DNA of 40,009 nucleotides, taken from Flavobacterium psychrophilum (lineage in GTDB: Bacteria > Cyanobacteriota > Vampirovibrionia > Obscuribacterales > Obscuribacteraceae). Made by a program: the position numbers and the translations under genes. The notes beneath the pieces were generated by a model. That model did no database searches. It was not told where the DNA came from and saw nothing but the letters and a program-made list of their open reading frames with translations. How positions within the stretch are numbered: the first letter of the stretch is position 1; each line of letters starts with the position of its first letter. The stretch is from assembly GCA_943367505.1 (NCBI GenBank), contig CALRJJ020000001.1, forward strand, positions 1 through 40,009, written 5' to 3'. Of this stretch, positions 15,062 through 24,016 are shown in pieces.

Positions 15062-17899
15062 ATGAGCACGGCGACCGTCACACACACCGAGCATCAGCGT
15101 AAATATTTTGCGTCGCTTCTTAGCTTGCGAGGGAATGCGGAAGAAGAGATTTCGCAAACTTTGAAACGCGTGCGGGTTGATATGAACCCTCACCAGGTAG
15201 ATGCTGCTATTTTTGCCATCCAATCTCCGGTGTCATCTGGAGCGATTTTGGCGGATGAAGTTGGACTCGGGAAGACAATTGAAGCCAGTCTAGTGATGGC
15301 CCAAAAATGGGCCGAGAGAAAACGACGGATACTTTTGATTGTTCCAGCGTCACTTCGCAAACAATGGAGTCAAGAACTTTCAGAGAAATTTGGACTTCCC
15401 AGCATAATTATGGAAGCGAAAATATTCAATGCTGCGGTAAAAGCCAAACAGATAAACCCCTTTGAACAAGAAGGCTCAATCGTTATTTGCTCTTATCAAT
15501 TCGGAGCAGCCAAAGCAGACATGGTGGCACGAGTACCATGGGACCTGGTCGTTTTTGATGAAGCTCATAAACTGCGGAATGTCTACAAGAAGGACGGCTC
15601 GGCAATCGCAAAAAAATTGAAAGCTGCTACTGCTGCGCCTAAAAAGTTATTGCTTACTGCAACTCCACTCCAAAACACACTAATGGAGCTATTCGGTCTT
15701 GTTTCAGTTCTGGACGAACATTTTTTTGGAAGTGAATTAGCTTTCAAAACAGCTTACGTTTCTGGGCGAAGTGGCGTCAATTTGCCGATCTTAAAGCATC
15801 GTATGAAAGCAATCTGCCAGCGAACATTGAGGCAAGAAGCGCAAGAAGCAGGTCTGGTGAATTTCACAAGACGAAACCTTGTAACAGAAAATTTCTCTCC
15901 ATCTGATGAAGAGCAGCAGCTTTACGAGAAAGTATCTGCATATTTACAGCGTCCGGAAATTAAGGCGATGAAGCCAAACGGGCGCCATCTAGTGACCTTG
16001 GCTGTTAGAAAAATTTTGGCGTCTTCTTCGTTTGCGATAGCTGATACGCTCAAGAAAATGATGGACCGCCTTAAAACGAAGCACGCTGTCAATCTGGCAG
16101 CATTGAACGATCTCGAAGATCTGGACGAAACAGCTGAAGAACTTGAAATTGATGTCGATGACGAAGCTGATGCCCAGGAAGTAGAGGCTCTGGGAAGTGA
16201 GATCGAAGAACTTAGAGGCATGCAAGAACTGGCTTTAGGCATTAGAGAAAATGCTAAAGGAGAATGCCTTGTAAATGCTTTGGGTAAATACCTCGATAGC
16301 ATTGAAGAAAAAGGTGGTCAGCGCAAAGCTGTTGTCTTCACTGAATCCGTCCGTACGCAAACGTATCTCAAAACCTTGCTAAGCGCCAATGGTTATGATG
16401 GCAAAATAGTCGTTATGAATGGCTCCAATAGTGATCCTTCAAGTCAAGAAATATATAGACAGTGGTTAGCGAAGCACAAAGGAACGGATGCCATTTCCGG
16501 TTCTAAAAGTGCTGATATGAAGGCAGCTATTGTTGATAAGTTCAAAAATGATGCAGTCGTTCTTGTATGCACAGAATCAGGCGCAGAGGGTATAAACCTT
16601 CAGTTTTGCTCACTCTTGGTTAACTACGACCTACCGTGGAACCCACAAAGAGTAGAACAGCGTATCGGCCGTTGCCATAGATATGGGCAAAAGCTTGATG
16701 TTGCAATTCTAAATTTCATAAATCTTGGGAATAGAGCTGAACAGCGCGTCTTTCAACTCTTGAATCAAAAATTTCAGCTCTTCGATGGTGTGTTTGGTTG
16801 CAGCGATCAAGTTTTGAGTGCCATTGAATCTGGTGTCGACATCGAGCAAAAAATATTGGCTGTCATTCAAAAATGTCGATTTCCTCATGAGATAGATGCT
16901 GAGTTTGACAAGTTGCAGCAGGAATTAAAAGAAAAAATTGAGCAGCGAGATGAGGAAGCTCGTCTAGCTCTTCTCCAGACTATGGACGAAAGTGTTGTAG
17001 ACAGACTTAAGCTGCGTAAAGAGCGCATTGAAGACCGTCTGGGCAAATATGATCGCTATCTTCTTCTCCTCACCAAGTCAGAACTACCAGAAGCGCGTTT
17101 TGTAAATCCCAAGCGTTTTGAATACGATGGACAGACCTACAGCTTGGAATGGCCAGCGGCGGATGATAATGGTTGGCATTTTTACAGAATAGCTGAAGGC
17201 ACATTAGCTGCTAATCTAGTAGAAAAAGCAAAATCCAGAGAAGTTCAATTAGCCACAATTACCTTCGATTACAATGCTTACGAAGGTGGCGGTCAACTTA
17301 GCGATCTGCTACCGCTACGTGGCAATAGTGGCTATTTGACGGCAAACAAACTGACGATCACAAATGCAGTGTCAGTCAAGGAATATGTCATTTTAAGCGG
17401 GGTGACTGAGACCGGTGAAGTCTTGCATGAGGAACAACTCCACCATTTACTTTTAATTCCTGGGTCAGTTAAGAACAAGCTTCCTTCAAATCCACTGGCC
17501 TCGGTCTTAGCAAATATCTTAGACTCTCGGCAAAAAGAGCTTTATGTCAACGCAGAGGGCGAAAATTTAGAGTTTCTCAATGATGAAACAGAAAAGTTAG
17601 ATCGCTGGGAAGAAGAAAGTACAGCGGCTATTGATGTGGTTATCAAAGATCTGCGAAAACAAGCTAACGAGTGTGACAAACAGTCGCGGAATCCGGCGCT
17701 TACAATGAAAGAGAAACTAGCGCTTAAGAGGCAATCTAGCCATCACAAAGGCGAAGCGACTAAACAGAAAAAGAACTATTTTGAGCAGCAAGAGAAGATA
17801 GCAAGCGATCGGGTGGAAATACTTGATCGTCTTGAAAAACAATTACAGATAGAACAAGAAGTCGAGCCTATGTTCTCGATTCGGTGGGAATTGGTATGA
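15062..17899 (+). CDS. SNF2-family helicase/ATPase
   Basis: Helicase motifs LADEVGLGKTIEA, VVFDEAHKLRN, LLLTATPLQN, CTESGAEGINLQ and DLPWNPQRVEQRIGRCHRYGQ. The ATG at 15062 is preferred over the GTG at 15017. Confidence 0.9.
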   Translation: MSTATVTHTEHQRKYFASLLSLRGNAEEEISQTLKRVRVDMNPHQVDAAIFAIQSPVSSGAILADEVGLGKTIEASLVMAQKWAERKRRILLIVPASLRKQWSQELSEKFGLPSIIMEAKIFNAAVKAKQINPFEQEGSIVICSYQFGAAKADMVARVPWDLVVFDEAHKLRNVYKKDGSAIAKKLKAATAAPKKLLLTATPLQNTLMELFGLVSVLDEHFFGSELAFKTAYVSGRSGVNLPILKHRMKAICQRTLRQEAQEAGLVNFTRRNLVTENFSPSDEEQQLYEKVSAYLQRPEIKAMKPNGRHLVTLAVRKILASSSFAIADTLKKMMDRLKTKHAVNLAALNDLEDLDETAEELEIDVDDEADAQEVEALGSEIEELRGMQELALGIRENAKGECLVNALGKYLDSIEEKGGQRKAVVFTESVRTQTYLKTLLSANGYDGKIVVMNGSNSDPSSQEIYRQWLAKHKGTDAISGSKSADMKAAIVDKFKNDAVVLVCTESGAEGINLQFCSLLVNYDLPWNPQRVEQRIGRCHRYGQKLDVAILNFINLGNRAEQRVFQLLNQKFQLFDGVFGCSDQVLSAIESGVDIEQKILAVIQKCRFPHEIDAEFDKLQQELKEKIEQRDEEARLALLQTMDESVVDRLKLRKERIEDRLGKYDRYLLLLTKSELPEARFVNPKRFEYDGQTYSLEWPAADDNGWHFYRIAEGTLAANLVEKAKSREVQLATITFDYNAYEGGGQLSDLLPLRGNSGYLTANKLTITNAVSVKEYVILSGVTETGEVLHEEQLHHLLLIPGSVKNKLPSNPLASVLANILDSRQKELYVNAEGENLEFLNDETEKLDRWEEESTAAIDVVIKDLRKQANECDKQSRNPALTMKEKLALKRQSSHHKGEATKQKKNYFEQQEKIASDRVEILDRLEKQLQIEQEVEPMFSIRWELV

Positions 17900-17912
17900 G
17901 GTTGGCTGGGAT

Positions 17913-19562
17913 ATGAGCAGAAAACAAAAACTTCAACTTGACTGGATTAAAAAAGAAATTCGCCCTTTATTAGAGCCACGCATACTAGTGGAAGAATGTG
18001 AGAAAAGCTATCACCTAGACCATCGAATTACCGACAGTGACCTGTTTGATAACAAATTGATTTTCGGTGATAACCTATTAGCGCTCAAGGCTCTCGAACA
18101 AGAATTTAGTGGCAAAGTAAAGTGTGTATTTATAGATCCTCCGTATAACACGGGGAGTGCATTTGCTCAATATGATGACGGAGTAGAACATTCAGTTTGG
18201 TTATCTTTGATGAGAGATAGACTCGAACTTTTACATCGCTTACTCTCTGATGCAGGCTCACTCTGGATCACTATTGATGACAATGAGTGCCACTATTTGA
18301 AGGTGTTATGCGACGAGATTTTCGGTCGCAGCAATTTTATTTCGTCGTTTGCGTGGGAGAAAGATCAAGCTCGTCACAATGATGCGCTTATCTCTAGTGC
18401 GCACGATCATATACTGCTATACGCTAAAAATGCGGGGATATGGAGAGGAATTCGCAATCTACAGCCTCGTGAATCAGAGGGAAATAAGAGATATAAAAAT
18501 CCGGATAAAGATCCGCGTGGACCATGGCTCCAAGGAGCATGTAGCACTGCCAAAAGCGGTAGTGAAAAGAATAGATTTCCTGTAAAACTTCCTTCTGGTC
18601 GTGAAACGAAACCACCAGCCGGAAATTATTGGCGTTTTTCAGAAGCTACTCTTCAAACTGCCATTCTCGAAAATCGTGTCTACTATGGTAAAGATGGTGA
18701 CAGGTTGCCAATTATCAAAAGCTACTTGAATGAAGTTCAGGATGGCTTTGTACCAAAAACTTGGTGGCCAGCAGAAGAGGTCGGCTCAAATCAATCAGCT
18801 CGTAGAGATCACCTGAGAAAATTACTACCTGATGTTGAACCATTTGCAACTCCTAAACCAGAACAACTTATTGCCCGTATATTGCAGATATCCACTAACG
18901 CTGGAGATTTGGTTTTAGATTCTTTTGCAGGCTCTGGAACAACGGGTGCTGTGGCGCACAAAATGGGCCGCCGTTGGATTATGGTTGAACTCGGCGAACA
19001 TTGTAATACTCATATTGTGCCGAGACTAAAAAAAGTTATTGATGCATCTGATCCTGGTGGAATCACGGAATCAGTGCAGTGGAAAGGTGGTGGAGGTTTT
19101 CGTTTTTACCATTTAGCGCCTTCATTATTAGAGAAGGATTCCCTTGGGAATTGGGTTATTTGCCCTGAGTACAATGCTGCGATGCTTGCTGAAGCAGTGT
19201 GTAAGCACATGGGGTTTGTTTATGCCCCAAGCGACAGCCATTATTTCATTCACGGTTACTCAACTGAAACTGATTTTATATACACCACTACTGCTAGTTT
19301 GAGCCACGACCAATTAAAAACCTTAAGTGAGGACGTTGGAGAACATCGAACGCTGCTCATTTGCTGCAAAGCTTTTAGAGCCCAAGTAGATGCATTTCCC
19401 AATCTTTCTGTAGTGAAAATTCCAAAAGTTATTTTGAACAGGTGTGAATGGGACCGCGATGATTACAGCTTGAATGTAGCTAACGTACAGGCAGAACCAG
19501 TGCCCAAGCCTATAATTACGGCGGGGCAGCTCTCTCTCCTTGGAGAGTTGGTAAGCAAATGA
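17913..19562 (+). CDS. mod: type III restriction-modification methyltransferase (beta-class N6A/N4C)
   Basis: VFIDPPYNTGS (motif IV) precedes DSFAGSGTTGAVA (motif I), which is beta-class order. The start is 13 nt after the SNF2 stop. Confidence 0.9.
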   Translation: MSRKQKLQLDWIKKEIRPLLEPRILVEECEKSYHLDHRITDSDLFDNKLIFGDNLLALKALEQEFSGKVKCVFIDPPYNTGSAFAQYDDGVEHSVWLSLMRDRLELLHRLLSDAGSLWITIDDNECHYLKVLCDEIFGRSNFISSFAWEKDQARHNDALISSAHDHILLYAKNAGIWRGIRNLQPRESEGNKRYKNPDKDPRGPWLQGACSTAKSGSEKNRFPVKLPSGRETKPPAGNYWRFSEATLQTAILENRVYYGKDGDRLPIIKSYLNEVQDGFVPKTWWPAEEVGSNQSARRDHLRKLLPDVEPFATPKPEQLIARILQISTNAGDLVLDSFAGSGTTGAVAHKMGRRWIMVELGEHCNTHIVPRLKKVIDASDPGGITESVQWKGGGGFRFYHLAPSLLEKDSLGNWVICPEYNAAMLAEAVCKHMGFVYAPSDSHYFIHGYSTETDFIYTTTASLSHDQLKTLSEDVGEHRTLLICCKAFRAQVDAFPNLSVVKIPKVILNRCEWDRDDYSLNVANVQAEPVPKPIITAGQLSLLGELVSK

Positions 19563-22288
19563 CTAATAAACTCGTTAACGACATCAGTGCTCGTTTGAGT
19601 TTACGCACTCCACAGCATGATTGTCTTTCAATTTTATCAAAAATTGAAAGCTTGTTTGGCAGTGAAAACAAACTTGATGTCCAAGATGCTTTGGCATCGT
19701 TAGCTAAAGCATACCCGACAGTAACAGACTTTGAACGCGAATTCCCCTCGGTATGTTTTTCCTTGGCGACAGGAGTAGGTAAAACGCGCTTGATGGGCGC
19801 TTTTATCTCCTATTTATATCTTGTAGGAAGGAGCAAACATTTCTTTGTTTTAGCTCCCAATTTAACCATCTACAATAAATTGATCAACGATTTTGCTCCA
19901 GAAAACCCAAAGTATGTTTTTCGCGGAGTGGCTCAGTTCGCGAACAATCCACCTTTGATTGTCACTGGAGATAATTATGACCAGGGGCAAGGCGTCCGGT
20001 TTGATTACGCCACCGCCAAATCTGCAAATACGGCCAGAGCTTATGATTCGGGCGAGACTATTTTTATACAACGCCGTCTGTTTGAGACCGATGAAACCGT
20101 CATCATCAATATTTTCAACGTCTCCAAAATAGATGCTAAAGCTCGTAAAGGCAGTGCTCCGCGAATAAAACAGCTGCAAGAGTACATAGGCGAGAGCTAT
20201 TTTGAATATTTAGCTGGTTTACCAGATTTGGTGCTGTTGATGGATGAGGCTCATCGATACAGAGCGAAAGCGGGTGCTGATGCCATTAACGAATTGAAAC
20301 CAATTTTAGGACTTGAACTTACAGCTACTCCCAAAACAACCGGTCAAAATTCTCAACCTTTCAAAAATGTTGTTTATAGCTATCCATTGGGGGCAGCAAT
20401 GCAGGATGGTTTTGTTAAAGAACCTGCTGTTGCAACACGAAAAGATTTTCGCCCAGAAGATTATTCAAATGAAGCACTCGAACAGATCAAATTAGAAGAT
20501 GGTATTCACCACCATGAACATGTAAAAGTTGAATTGGAAGTTTATTCTCTCCAGCAAGGTAAAGCACTAATTCATCCATTCATGCTCGTTGTTGCTCAAG
20601 ACACCACTCACGCAAGTCAACTGCGTCAACTTATAGAATCTGACAGCTTTTTTGAAGGTCGATACAAGGACCGTGTTATTGAAGTCCATTCTAATCAAAC
20701 TGGTCAAGAATCGGATGAAGCTACACAACGTCTGCTTTCTGTTGAAAATGACACACAAACGGAGATTGTGATACATGTCAACAAACTAAAGGAAGGCTGG
20801 GACGTCACAAATTTGTACACGATTGTGCCGTTACGAGCATCAGCATCTGAAATATTAACGGAACAGACTATTGGTCGTGGACTACGTCTCCCGTATGGGC
20901 AACGAACTGGGGTAGAAGCTATTGATCGACTGACCATTGTTGCTCACGATAAATTTCAAGCAATTCTTGATGCCGCGAGTAATCCAGATTCAATAATACG
21001 AAAAACTGTGATCATTGGAGATGGCTGCGATGTTCCACTAGAAAAAACCAAAGCTCTTGTTGTTCCATCAATGATTGAGAGTACATTGGCGCAAGCGGCG
21101 GAAAATTCAGATAGCTATCAGCTAGACACTCAAACGAAACGGGATGTAGCGAACGTAGTCTTAGATGTGGTGAAGCAATTTGAGAGATTGGAAAGCTCAC
21201 AAAGACTGCAAGAACCAGAAATTAAAAGACAGATCGAGGCCAAGGTTAGAGAAATTTGGAATCCTGGTCAACTGACAATCGATGGAGTGATTGAAGAATT
21301 AGATATCGCCGCGATTGTTGATGTAGTAACAAAGACAGTTGCAGAATTGACTATAGATGTTCCGAAAATATCAGTAATTGCTACCAGCGAAGTGACATTT
21401 GGGTTTAAAAATTTTGATTTATCTAATTTGAGCACAATTAGATACCAGCCTGTAAGTCAGGATATTCTCATTCAAGAGCTGCGTACAAACGATCGATCGT
21501 TTTTGCTATCTAACAATAGCTTTGTCAAAGAAAATAAACTCGAAGATTACATCGTCAAAATGCTAATTGATCGCGATGAGATTGACTATGATGAACACTC
21601 AGAACTTTTGTACAAGCTTGCCTCTCAGGTAGTGACTCACTTACGAACATATCTCAAATCAGACATGGATGTTGAAAATGTTTTGTTGTATCACCAGTTA
21701 GCGATTTCAAATTTTATTGCTGCTCAGATGATGGAGAATAGCTGGGTCACACCAACTGGTCATGAAGTTAGGATCAGCAAAGGTTTTACTATCTTAAAGC
21801 CAAACAATTACAACATCTATTCCAATGAAAAAGCTCGAGACTTTCGAATAGCGTTAACTGATAAAAGTGGCATCAAAAGGATGATTTTCACAGGTTTTGA
21901 ACGTTGTTGCTATCCAATACAAAAGTTTGATTCTGACTCAGAAAGAAGATTCGCAACCCTGCTTGAAGATGATCCTACTGTTATACGCTGGATGAAACCA
22001 GCAATCGGACATTTTCAAATTGAGTGGAAGAATGGCGTTCCTTATCAGCCCGATTTTGTTGTGGAAACAATATCAGAAAAGTTAATTTGCGAACCAAAAG
22101 CGGCAGCAGAAGTAAATAGTGATGAAGTTCAACTTAAAGCTAAAGCAGCCATTAAATGGTGTGAGCATGCTACGGAGCATGCGCGCAAATTTGGTGGCAA
22201 ACCTTGGTCTTATCTTTTGATTCCGCATACAGACATTTTGGCCAACCGTACGTTGGATGGCCTAAAAGCTGGTTTTCTAGCCATTTAA
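19559..22288 (+). CDS. res: type III restriction enzyme Res subunit (helicase plus C-terminal PD-(D/E)xK)
   Basis: LATGVGKTRLM and LLMDEAHRY are helicase motifs. C-terminal YQPDFVVET...LICEPK is nuclease-like. ATGA overlap with mod. Confidence 0.85.
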   Translation: MTNKLVNDISARLSLRTPQHDCLSILSKIESLFGSENKLDVQDALASLAKAYPTVTDFEREFPSVCFSLATGVGKTRLMGAFISYLYLVGRSKHFFVLAPNLTIYNKLINDFAPENPKYVFRGVAQFANNPPLIVTGDNYDQGQGVRFDYATAKSANTARAYDSGETIFIQRRLFETDETVIINIFNVSKIDAKARKGSAPRIKQLQEYIGESYFEYLAGLPDLVLLMDEAHRYRAKAGADAINELKPILGLELTATPKTTGQNSQPFKNVVYSYPLGAAMQDGFVKEPAVATRKDFRPEDYSNEALEQIKLEDGIHHHEHVKVELEVYSLQQGKALIHPFMLVVAQDTTHASQLRQLIESDSFFEGRYKDRVIEVHSNQTGQESDEATQRLLSVENDTQTEIVIHVNKLKEGWDVTNLYTIVPLRASASEILTEQTIGRGLRLPYGQRTGVEAIDRLTIVAHDKFQAILDAASNPDSIIRKTVIIGDGCDVPLEKTKALVVPSMIESTLAQAAENSDSYQLDTQTKRDVANVVLDVVKQFERLESSQRLQEPEIKRQIEAKVREIWNPGQLTIDGVIEELDIAAIVDVVTKTVAELTIDVPKISVIATSEVTFGFKNFDLSNLSTIRYQPVSQDILIQELRTNDRSFLLSNNSFVKENKLEDYIVKMLIDRDEIDYDEHSELLYKLASQVVTHLRTYLKSDMDVENVLLYHQLAISNFIAAQMMENSWVTPTGHEVRISKGFTILKPNNYNIYSNEKARDFRIALTDKSGIKRMIFTGFERCCYPIQKFDSDSERRFATLLEDDPTVIRWMKPAIGHFQIEWKNGVPYQPDFVVETISEKLICEPKAAAEVNSDEVQLKAKAAIKWCEHATEHARKFGGKPWSYLLIPHTDILANRTLDGLKAGFLAI

Positions 22289-22683
22289 TGCTTACATTTC
22301 TTTTGAATCATTTTCCAATCAGCTTCTGATATTTTGGCTATACCGTTACGAAAATAGACTGCCCAGAATGCCAAATTGGTGACGAAACTTAGGTCCTCCA
22401 TTATTGTTTTGATATCAAATTCTTTTTGGAGTGAAGTAGCTTCGAATGAAAATCGGTCGGGATAATTGCCTTTTTTAAGAAAAACATCTTGGTCATCAAC
22501 GTAGTAGTCACTGGTGCTCTCGCCTATAGCAATGATTTTCCAATCTCCTTTTCCAGCACAGCAGGCAATTTTGTCGCCCTGCATCACACTGGAAATGAGA
22601 TTTTTGCGTCCTAAACCAAAAACTTTTTGCTTTATACAATGTTCCATGTCGAGGCGCGGCAGGCAAATAATCCAGTAATTCAT
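22285..22683 (-). CDS. small PUA-like (EVE/ASCH-type) domain protein (tentative)
   Basis: 132 aa. MNYWIICLP...KVFGLGRKN...MQGDKIACCAGKGDWKIIAIGE resembles the EVE/PUA beta-barrel pattern. Its stop overlaps the res stop (convergent). Confidence 0.5.
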   Translation of the reverse strand: MNYWIICLPRLDMEHCIKQKVFGLGRKNLISSVMQGDKIACCAGKGDWKIIAIGESTSDYYVDDQDVFLKKGNYPDRFSFEATSLQKEFDIKTIMEDLSFVTNLAFWAVYFRNGIAKISEADWKMIQKKCKH

Positions 22684-22777
22684 AAATTCTCAATAGTATG
22701 TAGCGACTTGAATATTATAGAGGGCTCGTCCGAAGCAACGATCAGCATGCCATTACGTTAGGCATTTGTGTAAATCG

Positions 22778-23368
22778 CTATTTCATTTGTTTCTTCACTT
22801 TCATAACAGTAGTTTTGCTTATGTCCAGCTCGGCGGCAATCTTTCTGACAGAATATTTTTCTTTCAAAAGGCGTTTTACTGTCTCCAAATCCGAAAAAGC
22901 GGGTCTACCGATAGGACGGCCGCTCTTTGTACCCTTAGAACGAGCGTGAGCTATTCCAGAAGTGATTCTTTCACGGAGTAAACTTCGTTCAAATTGTGAA
23001 ATCACTGAAAGCAGTCCAAGCAGCAATTCGCCCTGGGCGGTTGTTGCGTCAAGATCTGGACCGTTCAAAGTACGCAAACCTATTCCCCGGTAGGCCAAAT
23101 CTTGGATAGTCTGCAACAGATCAGATGTGCTGCGTCCCCATCGAGACAGCTCTGACACCAGAATTAAGTCAATTTCTCGACGCCGTGCAATCTCAATGAC
23201 GGCTTGCCGTTGCGGACGTTTCTTTTCTGCGCCACTCATAGTCTCGGCGAAAATTCCAACAACTTCAAACCCACTTCGCTCGGCATATTGCTGCAATTCG
23301 GCAATTTGACGTTCACAGGATTGTTCAGAAGTACTAACCCTGGCATAGATTGCTACGCGCTGTACCAT
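22778..23368 (-). CDS. serine recombinase (resolvase/invertase family)
   Basis: VAIYARVSTSEQSCERQ carries the catalytic Ser. 196 aa with a C-terminal HTH (KIAAELDISKTTVMKV). Confidence 0.9.
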   Translation of the reverse strand: MVQRVAIYARVSTSEQSCERQIAELQQYAERSGFEVVGIFAETMSGAEKKRPQRQAVIEIARRREIDLILVSELSRWGRSTSDLLQTIQDLAYRGIGLRTLNGPDLDATTAQGELLLGLLSVISQFERSLLRERITSGIAHARSKGTKSGRPIGRPAFSDLETVKRLLKEKYSVRKIAAELDISKTTVMKVKKQMK

Positions 23369-23432
23369 AAACCCTTCTTAAAACTTGGGACATATAAGGC
23401 TCACCAGTACGGCTATTTCATTCAAAAAAAGA

Positions 23433-23464
23433 GTGTACCAGAAAACAAATGGTTAGTGGTACAC
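23433..23464. promoter_or_regulatory. inverted repeat upstream of the recombinase gene (candidate recombinase binding or crossover site)
   Basis: GTGTACCA (23433-23440) and TGGTACAC (23457-23464) form a perfect 8-bp inverted repeat with a 16-nt A/T-rich spacer, 65 nt upstream of the recombinase start. Confidence 0.3.
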
Positions 23465-23530
23465 ATTAAAAGTTGATTGAAAATTATAGAAATTTGGAAG
23501 TGTAGAAAAGAGTGTTTATGAAAGGTGCTT

Positions 23531-23953
23531 ATGAAAATACAGTCAGTGTTAGCAATAATTGTCACTTCATTATTTTCTTGTCCAGCAGTTTTGGCTGGTG
23601 AATTTACTTTTTATGATGGGAATGGAGCAGGCAAAAAAATGCTAGGCAGCCTCTCTGATAGTCCTGGGCAAAAATATAATTTGAAGAAAAAAAAGCCACC
23701 ATTTACAAACGATGAGGCTCGTAGTGTGGTGCTGCACAATGTGCGCGCTGGAGCAGTTCTGACTGTTTACGATAGCCCCGATGGGAAGAAGCAGGATGAT
23801 TGGACACGCATTGAAGTTAAAAAACAGGTTTTGTCTTATGAGATCAAATCCTTTGATGGCCAACCTATGGAGGATGACGTTGTTAAGGTCAATCCACATC
23901 CAGACAATAACAACGGTCTGGATGGGAAAGTATCTCGAATTGAGATCGATTAG
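23531..23953 (+). CDS. small secreted protein (signal peptide), function unknown
   Basis: MKIQSVLAIIVTSLFSCPAVLAGE is signal-peptide-like. AAAGG SD. The mature part looks beta-rich. Confidence 0.6.
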   Translation: MKIQSVLAIIVTSLFSCPAVLAGEFTFYDGNGAGKKMLGSLSDSPGQKYNLKKKKPPFTNDEARSVVLHNVRAGAVLTVYDSPDGKKQDDWTRIEVKKQVLSYEIKSFDGQPMEDDVVKVNPHPDNNNGLDGKVSRIEID

Positions 23954-24016
23954 AGACTGGTCGTGATTGCTTTAGTGATCCACTTCCAATGTTGTTGGCT
24001 TGAAAAATGAGGTCGT

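Noticed and set aside
15922-16302. Long antisense ORFs inside the SNF2, Rep, relaxase and coupling-protein genes (for example 15922..16302, 11832..12236, 31442..31816)
   Set aside because: They lie entirely within strongly supported genes on the opposite strand and have low-complexity products.
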